From positions 202,335-266,334 of the forward strand of contig NW_005434585.1 of NCBI RefSeq assembly GCF_000315625.1: a stretch of 64,000 nt of DNA. Reading direction: 5' to 3'. Each line of letters opens with the position of its first letter. Position 1 is the stretch's first letter. The notes under the pieces were generated by a model that was given only the letters and a program-made list of their open reading frames with translations, searched no databases and was not told the origin of the DNA. A program made the translations under genes and the position numbers. Source of the stretch: Guillardia theta CCMP2712. Taxonomy: Eukaryota > Protista > Cryptophyta. Shown here piece after piece: positions 14,163 through 28,100 of this stretch.

Positions 14163-16100
14163 TAGGAGGGTGAAGAGGAGGAAGGTTGAGGCTACCTCGA
14201 ATTCGACTTGAAGGATTGTATTCGGGATTTCAGGGGAGAGGAGCTTGTAACCCATAGCTATGCGGAGGACCAGAAGGACTGGAACTTTGTCGAGAACCTT
14301 TCCTAGGATTGAGCAAGAGGAGGAGGAGAAGGGTTTGGGAGAGGGGGGGAATAGCAGCAAAAGCAGGAGAGTAATGACAAAGAAGCATTGACAACGGGCG
14401 AACTTACTCGAATGGTTGAGTTTGGAAGAGGGTGAGAGATGAGAGCTTGTTCAAATCGATGAGCGTTTGACTCCGCGTGATAAATCTGACGGGCCATGAC
14501 AAGCTGATGTCACTTTTTGCTTCAACTGCTCCTACCTGCTCAGCTATGGTCTTGCGATCCTCGTGCCTCTGTGGGTTCCTGCCGGGAAAATCTCCTGCAT
14601 CTCCCCTCTGCAACCCTGCGGTGAACTGGCATCAGCTACTCTTACATCCTGCTGTCTGCAGCCTCACCGTATCTGGCCAGCATTTGATCGATCTGGAGAC
14701 GTTTGAAGTCCTTGTAGTTGTCTTCGAACCGTCGAGCCCTCGTGTTGAGTCTGGGAACCTTGAGTGCACACTAGTGATATAGAGAAATAAAGTAGGATGA
14801 AAGGTTCAGGGCTCCTTTGCATCATCCAACATCCTTGACATGTCTCGTCCCTCTCCCCACTTCTCACCTCGATCTCTTGCCAAGACCAGCTCCCCTTCCC
14901 CATCTGAACGGGCCTCCTCACTCGGTCCTTCCACCACACCAACATCACCATGGCAGTCCTCTGCTAACCTCACAACCACAAGAGCGCGAGAGTCTCACCA
15001 CAATAACCTCCTGCCGGTCCGCAAGTGCCTGCTGCTCCAACAGTCCCTTCAGCACGGTGAACCCTATGCTCACAGCTGTCGATCTTCCTCGCTCGCTGCT
15101 CAGAAGCACTGACACACGCTTCTCCCCCAGCTGTCGGGCATGTCAGACACAATCAGCAAGTTACATACGTTGTACCTCCGCCATTCGTATATGAGCAACG
15201 ATCTGACACCTCCCGTCGACCGTGGGGATAAGACCGCCGTCCAGCAAAAGATCGCAAACGTCAACCTCCCCCCCCTCACCTCTGGATCTCGTGCGATCCG
15301 CACAGAGTCAGGCCATGTCGCTCAAAGCAGAAGCGCTCACAACATGGACGATGGCTCCTGGGCGAGTGAGGATCGGAACGATAAGATTCCGTTCACAAGG
15401 ATCGTCAGCTCCGAGCTCTCCGGGATGGCCTGCCCTCTCCGGAACGAGATCAAAATCTCCTGCATGTGACCGACACCATCTTCGACTAGCTGAAAGCTCC
15501 GTCAGCCTGCCTTCCTGCCTCGTCCCACTCTACCTGGTCCCCGTCTTGAGGTTCGTCGATGCTCGACCCGAGATGCTGGAACCCGCGCGGCCTGTCCAGG
15601 ATCTCCCAGCCTTCAGCGGTGCTGAACAGGGAGGACACGCCATCGTCTCCTCCGCTGACGTACTTGTGCAGAACTTGCGACATTTCGTGCAGCCAGCAGA
15701 TGCTAGAAGGGCTGAACGGACGCTCGGGATGGCATGGATTTCACTGGCATTGCCAAGGAGAAGCGGGAGGGAGGGGAAGGAGACGATACAGCCAAGGTCG
15801 CAGTCCTCTGCCAAATCAAGGAGGTGGAAGACTTGCAGGTTCGAAGCAATCTCGCTCCGATCAAGGAACTGAGAGGCATCGGGGTCATCGACCATTATGG
15901 CATACCCCTCGTTCGACTTGAGAGCTCGCTGCACCAATGATGGCAGCAGGTCAGCAGCACGACAGGAGCACTCATGTCGTTCTTTCACATCCTGCAAACT
16001 GTGCGGGAGGTACAGGAGGACGAAAACCAGGAGGATGAGGAAGACCCTTCCTTGGCACTGCATGTGACAGGGTTGTGGCAGCAAGGTCGCCGGGTCTTGT
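11586..16100 (-). CDS. Multi-exon protein with C-terminal glycosyltransferase family 25-like domain (5' end uncertain; spans gap)
   Basis: Spliced reading GSFGCAESHYRL..HIAKHNMTRALVLEHD..MKAAPEDAE|LLFVGHC..CTHGYIVSWAGAIVILNA|MNPLWAPIDE..DVS* fits the GT25 pattern GC..SH...ALILEDD...HAY..S..GA..L...PID. Upstream exons at 13200-16100 are coding-like on the same strand but may be a separate gene. Confidence 0.65.
12691..12790. other. Assembly gap (100 N) next to a GGA microsatellite
   Basis: Run of N. Confidence 1.
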
Positions 16101-17275
16101 AGCGTGCTGGAGCGCGAGAACCGAAGTCACTGCTCTTGACGATGGGGTGAAGGACAGGAAGCATGAGGATGATGGAGGCGCCGACTATGGCAGGAGGCGC
16201 CGACGAGTAGCAGGGAGGGGAGCAGGGGCGGGGTTCTTGCCATGTCCTGTCGGGGCGACACTCGACAAAGTCCGCCTCCTCAAAATATAAAAGACAGCAA
16301 TGATTTACGAGGGAAAAGTCCTAATGTAGTTTCATTGGATCAGGGCAGCAGAAATGGTGGGATTTTTTAGCAATCGAACGGGGTGGGTATTTCATATGTT
16401 GAATTTCAGGGGTGGGTAGTTGAAACTGGACCGGTGTCTAGAAGATAGGACATGAGATTCATGGGGTGTATTTAACACTAAAAAGGAGGGGTACTGATGT
16501 ATAAAAACAGGATTCAAGAGTGGGGTGGGTAAGCAAATACACAAGGGGTGCAACTGAATTTGTGGGGGTAGGTAGTTTTGGTCAGAGGGAATAAACCTCG
16601 CTGAAAACATGGGGTGGGTGTAGGGCCACATGGTCATGGGGGTAGGGCACTTTACTAGGAGAAATCATTATGTATTATGTATCACAAGGGTGGTGGGTAC
16701 ATGGGGATGGGGATGGGGTGGGGTAGAGAGGAGAGCGGATCTTTCAATGGGAGGATCAATACTGAGAGGAGCGAAACTTAGTCGGTGGGGATGCTGATGG
16801 GACGTATGATGTGAAGATGCTGAAAGATGCGATGATGTTCTAGCTCAAAGATGCTGTTTGTGAGAGTTTGCCCTCCTTTCTCTCTCAGTTGAGACTCGTA
16901 CTAGTTCGATTCCACATTCGTACGTCTGTTGCAGGTAGTTGTAGTAGGGCATGGAGCGAGTCCTTTACGGACGATGGGAGAGGACATAGGCTCTCTCTCT
17001 GCTTCATGCCCATGAGTTGTCTCGCTGTGATCATAGTTTCGACAATCCGCTGCGAGGAAGAGATTGAGAAGGAGAAGTGAGAGCCGTGTACACCTGTTTT
17101 GAGCTCGTTTGAACCATCCAATGCTACAGATTGGAGATGTCTTAGATTAGGTTGTGAAGGTTTATAGCGTGGACTAGGTTGCATGTGCTGTCACCTAGAG
17201 TTGTTCTCCACCCACAGGCACTCACACACTGAATGATTCCACCGCCATTGCATTGACTCTCCCACTCAAGGCAAC

Positions 17276-19074
17276 ATGGGCCTCCGAGCGATGATCCTGC
17301 GGATATCTTTGAGTGAGTGACGGATGGCCTCCTCTTGTTCGGCTCTTGACTTGTCTTGACAGCGTTATCTGCCATGAGCTCCATCGACATGTGCTGCGGT
17401 TTCACTGGCTTCAGTCACTGCCCTTTTGCCCTGCGGTCGGGCGGGCGGTAATGGCCAATCCGCACATGTTAGGACGTCTGACTCTCATGCAGCAGCCTTG
17501 TTTCAAGCTACACTCACAAGAAGACTCAGCTGTCTGCTGCAAGAAGACTCAACACTTTGAGCTCGGGAGTCCTCAGCCTCAAGGTGAGCTTCGGTCAGTA
17601 CCGTCAGCCGGTTGAGGATCCAGCAGGCAGAAGAAAAGTTCGGAAGAGGTCTTAAAGCGAAGATGAAAGGTGAGATCTGCTGTGGACTAGCATGTCCGTA
17701 TGACTTCATGTTGCAGAAGGACACTCTTTGGTCTACGACTACGTTGATGGGAGCAGCCCGGTTATCGTCTACCTGCCTGCGTTCAATCAGTCCAGGTAGT
17801 GACGCCAGTAATTTCAGAAGCACCTGATTCACCACTTGTCGCAGAATCACCTCAAAGTCTTCTGCTCTCCAGACCTGGGCGAAACGCAATGGGAAGGCTT
17901 TCTTCTCGGCAGACTACTATGGATGCGGGAAGAGGTGCTGTCCTCCTACATCCCTTGATGGCCTTGGCTACGTTCTTGACGTTTCCTGTACGTGTAGTGA
18001 TGGGAAATTTGAAGACGGGACCCTGACGATGTGGACCAACGACATGATCACTCTGATCGAAGATGTACATGATGCAACTCTCCTGTTCTTTGCTGATCGT
18101 AGTCCAAGGTTATCAAAAAGCCTGTGCTCCTTGTTGGCTCTGGTAGCCTCCTCGTGCTCTGGCTCCTTGCGTTCTTGACCAGTTGCTGACAGGTGTGGGT
18201 GGTTGGGTTGGCCTGCATCTTGCTATGAAGAGAAAAAACCTTGTGCCTGCATTCCCGCTCGCCCGATTCGCAACTGACGTGTCAAACAAGGTGAGGGGCT
18301 TGGTTGGGATTGCAGCGGATCCAGACTTCACCACAGGTTTGTTTGTAGTGAGCTAGTGGCGCTTTGTTGTGGCATGACATGCATTGCAAAGATGTTGTCT
18401 TGCCGGAGCTAGATGACACCGTAAAGGAGAAGATTCAGGTTGGACGTGCGCGCGACGTTGTTAAAAGGGTTCTGAACATCTCGAACAGAAAGATGGATCT
18501 GCCATGATCTCATGGGGCGTGTCTGAGGTTGACTCTCGTGACTTCATTTCACAAGTGAACAAGTTTGCTATCAGTATACCATCTCCAAGAAGTTCATCGA
18601 TGATTCAAAGAACATGCTTCTCCTCCCTGGTACCGCAGATGGTAGAGATGGACAAGGTGTAGAGCTGAGATGGTTGCAGGTGGGTCGGAGAGTCTTGACA
18701 TCAAGTGTCCGGTTCGGCTCATTCAGGTACAGACGCGCTATCCCCCTCACGACATCCTTGACTCGTCCTGCAGGGTTTGAGCGACGAGGAGATCCCTCCC
18801 GACAGGTTGCTGAGAGGGGGAAAGGGTCCAAGCCGCCTGACAGTCTTGGATGCCTTCCAGGGCGTTGAGAATATCCGAGGCCATCAAGTCTGACGATGTG
18901 GTACGCGCTGCCTCCTGTCCCCTGAAACTTTCTTGACGCCTGCGGCTGCTGTGACGTCTTGACGACACTCAGGTGGTGTACTACGTCAAGGATGGCGACC
19001 ACTTCCTGGATCAGGATGAAGACATCAGCAGGATGATCGACCAGGTTGGGCGCCAGGTGGCCGAGAGACTGTAG
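17276..19074 (+). CDS. ABHD10-like alpha/beta hydrolase with probable bipartite plastid-targeting presequence
   Basis: Spliced in frame: MGLRAMILRISLTLSAMSSIDMCCG|F + S/T/R-rich transit-like peptide; VIVYLPAF, ADYYGCGKSDGKFEDGTL, VLLVGSGVGGW, LVGIAADPDFT, CPVRLIQGLSDEEIP, VKDGDHFL; stop at 19074. Confidence 0.8.
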
Positions 19075-19257
19075 CTGATGTCGGCCGGCAGGTGCAAGAG
19101 ATGTGCTCGAAGTACTTCGAGTTCGACCTCACCTCCCCCGGGAGCGGCTGATCGGGCCAGCAATAGCCCTGAGACTGCTTGCTCGTCACTTGCGTGTGTG
19201 AAGCTGTAAACTGGTCTCATATCAACTCGAAGACGTCTCCTCCTCCTTTACGGTTTC

Positions 19258-20643
19258 AGCTCGCAGCCTGTAGTGCCCGCTGCTGTCTCTGTAGAGAGCA
19301 CTCTGCATCCAACGATCAGCCTGCCTATGGCAACCTTGGAGTTCACCTGCAGCGTCTGCTGATCGACGTAGCCGTCCCGAGACATTATCGCAGGAGGGAT
19401 TGCAGCGACGCTGCATGGACGTCAAGGAGGCAGAGGCAGCAGAAAGGGACGGACCCGAGAAGGTGGATTTCCATGACTAGCACAGGAGGAGGGTCTTTCC
19501 TCGACAGGAACTGAGAGAGTATCTTCCTCCCTTGCCGGGTCAGAGGCTTCGGCTCCTTCCTCTGCCCCACCGCGTGAGCAGCAGCGTGAGAGGGTTGGCA
19601 GCTGATGTTACCTTGGAGGTATAGTGGGTGTGAGGAGGGAGGACTAGAACTCCTCTCGACCCCTCCCTCATCGTCACGATGGCCTCGTTCAACCCTGGGA
19701 TCACTGAAGCATCGCCCACCTGCCAGTCGTTAGCTCCCCGTGCCCACCCACTCCTCCTCCTCCTCCTCCTCCTCCTCCTCCTCCTCCTCCTCCTCCTCCC
19801 TCCCTCCCTCCCTCCCTCCCTCCCTCCCTCCCTCCCTCCCTCCCTCCTCCTTCCTTCCTTCTTCCTCCCTTCCTGCGCCTCCTTCTCCACCTCGAACACG
19901 AAGGGTCGCGGCGCGTCCTCGTCTTCTTTCATGTCGAGGACAGACGCGGAGAGGAGGGGCCCGTCTCGACCGTAGAGCCTGGAGCTGTAGTGGAGGACAG
20001 CAGCCGACCCTTCCCTAGGAACGATGCCCTCCCCAGCCTGCAGTTCCCTGCATGTTCCTCGTCACTCCATGCTCACCGCAACCCGCTCAGCTTACTGGTA
20101 TGTCCACGTCAGCTGCAGCGGCTCGCAGTCTATGCTCTCTCCTGCTCCTTCTACCAGAATCCCATCCCTCACCAACTTGTTGTATGTCGAGCCTGCCAGC
20201 ACTAGCACATCAGCCACGTCGGAGATCCGATCCTCGCGCCTCTTCTACCTTCCTTCAGGATCCACCTCCCTGTGATAGGATTCTGAACCCTCGTCCTCCT
20301 CTCCCCCGCCGCCTTGTCCTCGTCCTCGTCCTCTCGGTCCTCGGCTCCTAGAAGCGCATCGGACACCTTCCCAAGAGCCGTCGATACGTCGAACATGTCC
20401 GTGGATGCGACTGCAGCCATGAAGGCGCATCCTACGACGATGAACGTGATGCCTTCCACGCTTGTTTCCAGCATGCGCAGAGAGGAGGAGCAAGGAGGGC
20501 GAGGAGTGCGAGGCCTTGAGTGTTGCAGTGCCTCTGGCCTGTGTCTCGCAAGGCTCGAAACAAGAGGAGAAGGGGACGCGATGGGGCGAGCAGTTGGAGA
20601 GAAGCATGCGAGGTGGGGGAGGGGGCGATAGTGGACATGGCAA
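19258..20643 (-). CDS. FKBP-type PPIase-domain protein with N-terminal presequence/hydrophobic segment and NPxTGR motif
   Basis: Spliced reading ELQAGEGIVPREGSAAVLHYSSRL..PRPFVFE|VGDASVIPGLNEAIVTMREGSRGVLVLPP..LVMEIHLLG is FKBP-like; both ends approximate. Confidence 0.7.
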
Positions 20644-21162
20644 GGGAAATCCGGAGCGCTTGGAATGTACGGGAGGAGGACTAGATCAATGCAGGGAAGG
20701 GGAGAGGAGAGATGGGGAGCGAGGAAGGGAGGGGGGAGGGAGGAGGGGTTGCAGGCGTTGGAAGCGTCGGCAGCGGAACTGGGAGGAGGAGGAGGGGAGG
20801 GGCCGGGGGGAGGGAAATATTTTCAGGCAAAAGGTGTGTGAAAATGGCGAGGAGGATTCAGGTCGGAGTGGAGGGGGGCGAGACGGGGAGGAGGGTGGTG
20901 CATGCGGAGAAGCTTCTCGGCAGAAAGGATGGGAGGAGGAGGAGGAGGAGGAGGAGGAATGAAGAGGAGGAGGAGGGGAGGAAGAAGAGGAGGAGGGGAG
21001 GATATCTACGTGAAACGCAATGGAGGAGGAAGTAGAAATTCGCCAAGCAGCGAGATCGAAACTCTAAATTTACTTGACAAGTCATCGAGTTACATACAGT
21101 TACGCTGCTACAAGAGTCATATCTTGATATGTGCTAAAGGCGAGCTGATTGCCCTCAAACGT

Positions 21163-21358
21163 CTAGTAGAATGTCCCCTCGTAGGACTCGAAGCCAGGGT
21201 TGTCCATGGTGCCGTCCGGCGACCTGATGCAGACTGTCACCGTCGCTGCTACAAGCGGCACAACAGGAGCAGAGAGCGGGTTTGTCGCTTCTAGAGTTGA
21301 CAGACTCGCACAAAGTAGATGGAAATCGCACATGAACCCCAAGGGAGCGTGAAAGCAC

Positions 21359-21413
<55 letters not shown>

Positions 21414-21860
21414 TGACAAGGGAGCATGGGGATAACGCTACCAGTTGCCGTTGAGGACGGATGGGCTCTCGATCGCCGGGTCCATGGTCACGCAGCCGTT
21501 GCCATCCAGTGCGTTCATGGGCAAAACGCGGATCCTGGAACAGTTAGGTGAGAAAAAGCACAGAATAAGCACAAGAGAGCAAGCGAAGAAACATGAGGAA
21601 GGAGAGGAGGAAGGAGAGGAGGAAGGAGGAAGGAGGAAGGAGGAAGGAGAGAGTCCAAGAAATGCGAGGATGGAATCACGGGGTGGTGAGTAGGAACCTG
21701 CTGATGGCGCAGGTGAACAACTTGGTTGTGTCTGCAAGTCAAAGTGAGATGCCATGAATGTTCGAAACTGGATAGATGACATAAAGAGCTGATATGGAAA
21801 TTTCTCAATGGCACCGTCTCGCATAGACATGTCTTTCTGACCTCTAGATCCATCGCTGCG
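21163..21860 (-). CDS. Small multi-exon hypothetical protein
   Basis: Coding-like exons ALDGNGCVTMDPAIESPSVLNGN and VPLVAATVTVCIRSPDGTMDNPGFESYEGTFY*, separated by microsatellite-containing introns. Confidence 0.35.
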
Positions 21861-22769
21861 CACACTTTCTACATTTTCCCGCGCATCAACACACTTGCTG
21901 GGTATGAGTAGATTCATGCTAACAACTGTGCAGGGCAACAACTTGGCGACACTTTCAGAACAAAGCGACATGGCATCGACACTAGAGTATGATAGTCTTC
22001 GACAGCGCTTTTAGAGCTGCTCTCCTGATCTAACGATGCTTCTAGAAAGATTTTCACTCCAACGGTTCAAGTCCCTACATACAAGATCGACACCTCCCAC
22101 CATACCAGAGTCATTACTGTTCCATCCTCGTTCTTTCATACCCACTTCAAAACATATCTTCCTCGTCAATATAATGTATTCTTGTCTCAGCCGACCGTAC
22201 CCGCTCATAACGTACGTGGCATCTACCGGCTGTTTTCTTTATTTTTGCTCGTCTTTGATTGTGAGGATTGTCTTCATCATTCTCACTTACATTCCCCTCA
22301 CTCTCTTCGCTCAATCACCATCACCATCACCATCAACATCACCATCACCATCACCATCGCCATCGCCATCGCCTACCAGCACATGCTTCTCCCTCCATTA
22401 CCCCATCACATCCACAGTTATCTTACCTTGCATCTTTTGCCTCTTCACCCCTGACCGTTACACAAGCCGTTTTGTTTCCCACGAGTTGCGGGCCCGGGCC
22501 CGGCCTGACTCCGCTGCGGCCGGCCACTCGGAATCGGACTCAGTGACTGATGCATGGCAGTGCCGCAGTGCCCGCGGCCAGGCCGGCGGCCCGGGATTAC
22601 GGGCCCGGCCCTCGATGCCCGAGCAGCCTCCCCGGGGACTGAATGCGGCATGCCCACAAGAACCAATCATGAATGGCAAAGGACGGTTTCAGCCTGGTTC
22701 GGACCGTCCGGACTCAGTATTGCTACCGTGACCGCCGACGGTACACTGGGCCGTGCGCCTCGGATTGGC

Positions 22770-24906
22770 TCGATGATGATCAGTGTGACGAATGTGAAGA
22801 AGCTCTCGGTTTGTTATTCAAAGAACTGAATCATCAGTCACTAAAGCACTTTCAAGCACTGAGAACAGCTCAGTAGGGTCCCTGACAGAGGCCCGAGGGA
22901 GCCAGGCCGAGTCGGAGTGAGAAACCTTCAAGGTACGGTTTCACTGTTATTCCTTGCCCAGAGAAGCACGAGTCTGTTGGACAGTTAGAATGACGTCGTG
23001 CTCGTAATGCTTGAGAGGAGCTAAGACCAGCCCTTCAGGGAACTAGAACAGGAAAGTGAGATGAAGCTTGACAAATCAGCAGAGGCAATGCACCTTGAAG
23101 TTCTTGACAAAGATTTTGTCGCCAACTTCCATCCATCCCACGTCAACTTCGATTTTCTAAAGGGAGAATCAGTCAACCTGCAAGAGAAACGAGGTACAAG
23201 ACAAAGAGAGAAAGATTTCAGGAAAGATGCCTTACATCCGGGACATCGTATGACGTACAGATGACCTTGACCTGTATAAATACACAAATTAAGTTTGACA
23301 CAGCGAAACTAGCGAAACCAAGACACAAGATATGAAAAGAGTGACCCATCGCAAGGAGCTTGCGATCAGACAGCGCCAGTGGGCTAGGGGATGGCGGAAG
23401 CAACAAAGCAAAGGGCAATCTAGAAACCGAACAACACTCGCTCACACAGTGAGACGAAACGCGCCCGCTTTGTTTCAGGCATAGCAACAAAATGCCAGCA
23501 CGTGAAAGAATTCCAAAGGAGGAAGGAAAGAAGGCCGGACAAGCGAAACACGGAAAGCAATCAGTACCTTTGTCATACTTATGTTCAACAAACCTCCTCT
23601 TCGCAAACCTGGCAAAAAGGATCAGACCACCAAGCCACCATCGCGACATGAAAACCTGGAGATCTCTCCGTGTTGACTGATACGAAGGGAATATCCAAAA
23701 GAACTTGCTGCCCCTTCTCCGGCTCAAATTTCAAAAGTAGTACATCGTAGATGACGTCTTCGAAAACCGTATCGTACTGCAACATGAAAGTGAATGAACA
23801 GGCAAAGATGAGATGTGCCGGATCACATGGAGATTCCGCATAAAGCACTTCATGGGCTCAAGACCCTCAATTCGAACATCAAAAAGTTTGCACCCCGCAT
23901 TCAATTTGTCTGTATGCTGCATCAGCGTGGAACAGTAGTGAAGTCATGAGGATACTTGGCCAGGGCTGCAAACATTTCTCATCGATCTTCACGTAGGTCC
24001 TTTTGCCCTCACAATCCTAGCGACAGTGAAGAAGGATTCATCAAAGGAAGTCTTGCATTCAAAGAGCTATGAATACCTGAATGACTCCGGGTACAAAGCC
24101 ATCTCGTCGCATTTGCAACAGATCTTTCTTTTCAAAGGAACGGAGTTGACCAAGGAGCACCCCATGCTCTCTTTTTTTAGACGGGTCTTTCGTATGCAGC
24201 CAGGTGACTCTGTGGCGCTTTGTCATGTTGTCCGGCTTGGTCGTGCGTAGAGGCACAGCCAGCAGCTGTTTGCTGACAAAGTTGGGCATTGCTGAGACAT
24301 GTAGGGCATGTCCACGTACAGCCATGTGCTCAGCAGATTTGACGGGGCTCCGACATGTCAACGATGAGATTAACAACTTAGGAGAAGCTGTCTCCAAGGC
24401 AACCCCAACTCGAGACAAATGCTTCACTGCGGATCCAAAGATATGATGAAAGTGAAGCATCGTTGATTTCTGGAAGCTCCTTCTTCCCGATGAGGTCTTG
24501 AGATGGATTCAAGAAAGTAGACAGCTAGAAACTACGCAGAAACGAGTATGAGAACAGGATGGAAAGACGCGATGCCCGCACCAAATTCAGCGACGCAACA
24601 AGTCGAGAACGATGAACGCCGCTCAAGGATATCAAGGAAGGGAGAAGGAGCGAGATGGAGGCGAAGAGGATCGAGGTTCAGAAGCAAGTGCGCGAGAGAA
24701 TCTCAAGGAGGGGAGGTGCAGGTAAGCTGCTTCTTCACCAGCTCCCCCGTCCCCCGACCACCAAGACGCAGCGCATCACCGAGGCGCGTGGATTCAAGTT
24801 GACTAAAACTCCAGAATTTAACCTTCGCAACAGCTTTGTAACCGTTGAAGCGCTGGCGGCCCCGCACCTCAGTGACGCCGAGGCGGCAGTGAGTGCCACC
24901 GATTAA
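22770..24906 (+). CDS. Multi-exon hypothetical protein
   Basis: Chain of short open segments with GT..AG boundaries ending ...AEAAVSATD* at 24906; no recognisable domain. Confidence 0.3.
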
Positions 24907-25199
24907 TGCGGCGGGCCCACCCATCACTGACCCGCCGAACTGAGCCTGTCTCCCTTCACTGCTGGTCTTCTATCGAGCTCACATGGGCTATCTCGCCGCC
25001 GTGGCACGGTGTTAGAGGGTTTATAATGTCTTAACTCAGTACGGATCTCCCCCCGAGTCCACACTGTAATGCGCCGCCATGATGACAGTGAGTCCCCCGG
25101 GGCCCGGGGGGCCCAGGCCGCCGTCACGGGTTGGGAGTCAGCCTGACACGGTGTCTAGTACGGTACTGAGTGACTAGTGACCAGGCTCCCCTCACTTAG

Positions 25200-28100
25200 T
25201 CACTGCGGGGTTGGGCCCTCAGATCTGCTCTCTTCTGTCTGCAGCCACTCTTTTGTGGCGTTGATAGCATCAACCATGTCCTTGCAGACTTCCGCTGACG
25301 ACAGAGCGTACTCGTTCCCGCAGACTTCCATCGTGAGCGCATCCCTTGGAGAGGCTCTCACCTGTGCTGACTTGAGCCTGAAACGAGCCTTGGTCCCTCC
25401 GTACTCCTTCCTCACTTCCAGCATGCCCCGGTGGAGGACCAGGAAGCCTTTCTTACTTCCTCCGAAGATGGAGGAGGACTGGTAGAGAAGGGTAACAACC
25501 TTCTCCTTCTTGTAGAAGACGTTGGGGGGCTCCTCCTGCCCTCGCTCTTTCCTCTCGAACTCTTCAAGGATCTCCTGCATCAGCCTGTCCTTGGTGAAGT
25601 TCAGGTACTCCTCATACTCCGTCACTCCGTTGCCGTCAGCATCGAGCGCCTTCTCGATGGCCACGAGGACGTTGTCTTGAAGGCTCGGGTACGCCTTCTT
25701 GAGATGCTCTCTCAGCTCTGAGTTGGGAACAGACTCTGTGAAGCCGCAGCTGTACCAGAACTCCAGAGCTCCTCCTTTGACGCACACTTCTTCGTTCTCT
25801 GCTTGCTTGCATGCTTGGTCCCATCCTTCCAGAAGTTCTGCTGCTGTCGTGAACCTGTCTTCCTTGTCCTTCGCCAAGCATCTCACTATGCAGCTCTTGA
25901 CGCTCCTCGGCACGTTGTCGAGGGGGAGAGGATCGCAGTCAATGACGGAGATCTTGTACTTGCTCAGGATGTGGTCCGATCGCAGTCCTGACGTCGTTGC
26001 CTCAACCCCGTCGATCGGGAAGGGCAGCCTGCTGGCGATGGCCTCATACAGGATCACGCCGATGGCGAACACGTCTGAGGATGCGGAGGGAGGGAGGCCC
26101 TGGAGCTGCTCGGGGCTGGCGTACGCGGGAGTACCAACGAGCATCCCCACCATAGTCGTGACGGCGCTGGTGGAGCTCTTGGAGAGGCCGAAGTCGACGA
26201 TGATGACGTCGCCGTTGGACTTTCTCATGAGGTTAGAGGGCTTGAGGTCGCGGTGGAGGATCGCGAGGCTGTGAACGTGCTTCATGCCCTCCATCACTTG
26301 CCGCATGTCGCTACCTGCTGCCTTCCAGGGCAGGGGCCCGTCGGCCTGCAGGTACTCGTCGTACCCCTGGCCTACTATCAAGGACATGCCAATAGCCACG
26401 TACCCCTGATGTTCTCCGACACCGATGTACGACACAACGTTCTTGTGCTCGATCTTGGACAAGTTCTTCGCTTCCTCCTTGCTCCGGTCCACTGTGCCGT
26501 TGGGTAGGCAGATCTTGACAGCAATGATCTTGGATGCATCTTCTGTGCAGACGGCCTTGTAAACCTTTCCCATGCTCCCCTTGGCCAGGCAGTTTAGTTT
26601 TTCAAGCTGATAGGTGACGCCATTGTCAAGTAAGACGTCATTCTTGTTGTCTTGGAGGTGCATCTTGAACAGGTCTTCTACAAAGGCCTTGGTTGCCATG
26701 TTCTCCTTCATCTCTTGCACTTGGTACTGCAGCCCCATGAACTCACTCTTGATCTGCTCGATCTTGTTCTGATCGATCACCTGGACCTTTATCTCTTCCA
26801 GCTTCGTCTTCATCATCTTCTGCTCTTCCAGGCTCAAGGTCGAGCTGAGCTCGGACAGGTGGCTCACTAGGTCATCCCACTTCTTGTCGAACTCTCTCTG
26901 CGTCATCGTGTTCTTCGACAAGTCCTCGTGCACGAAGGAGTTTCGCAGCCTTCGGAGAGCATCGATGCTGTGCTGCTGCGATCTCTTGATTGAAACAAAC
27001 CTGGCGCTGTCTGTCAGCAGCCGAGCTAAGATGGTGATGTCCCAATGGTCGACGTCTCCGCATCTGATCTTCTGCATGCTTTCCTTGCCAACCATCTTCT
27101 CGAAGTCTCTTCTTGTACAGACTCTGTTGTAGACGGTCTGACCCCCGCTGGAGCTCCAAGGGGTACCATGGTTGCCCTTCCAACCCTCCTTCCACAAACT
27201 TCTCAACGTCTTGGGTGCGAGCTCCATCAGGGCTATCTGCAGCCTGTAGGCTCGAATGCGCCCCTCGTCCTTGTCGGGCTGAGCTTTCAGAATCAGCTGC
27301 GCGTCTGTAGCGATCCAAGAGGCATCGTCAAGCACGGCCTGCACTCTCAGCTTGTCTCCGACGCAGAGGTCCATCCATTCCTGGTGATATTCTTTGCAGG
27401 TCACTTTGACCAGGACGCTCCCGCACTGGACCTCACAGCTCTGATCCACAAACTTCTTCGTTACAAGCCCTTCGAAGATGTTTTGTACGATTTTGGATGC
27501 AAAGTTGTTCCAATCGACATTTCGGATGTCATTCTTCATAACTGCTTGAAGCTTGTAGCCATACTTCTGAATGCCAATGTCCTTGGACATCTTGAGATTC
27601 AGTTTCTCGCACAACTGCTTTGCTTTGTCCGAAGAGGAGCAGTGAATAGAGCACGTTTTCCTTTGCTTGAGCACGTCAGACTTATCCCAGATCGGGTCGT
27701 TGATTTCATCGTAGAGTTGTTTCACGTTGCAGCTCTCAAGAAATTTCTTAAGATCGTTGAGATCGCAGCTAGGAGAAACCCCACAAAGAATTACTATGCA
27801 GTCTGTTGATAGTCTTGCAAGTGCACCTGTCAAGTCATCATATACATTCAGTTCTTGAAGCCTTGACAGTACATTCGCACCTGAACCGAAGGAGAAGACA
27901 ACCGAAGCTCTCTGACCGTGACCAGCAGGCTCTTGCTCGGACTTACTGAAGTTGAAGCCTCCGAAGCCTCCGAAGCCTCCGGCTGGTGGGGATGCGGGTG
28001 ATCCGAAGGCTGGAGAGCTTGCTCCAAACCCTCCTGAGCCTCCAAACGCCGAAAACGCCTGCGGAGCTCCAAAGGCAAAGGAGGGAGAGGCAGAGGAGCT

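Noticed and set aside
25830-26610. Bacterial contamination or recent HGT of a PknB-like kinase
   Set aside because: The gene has spliceosomal introns at its 5' end and eukaryotic FG, EF-hand and PH modules; origin cannot be judged without a phylogeny.
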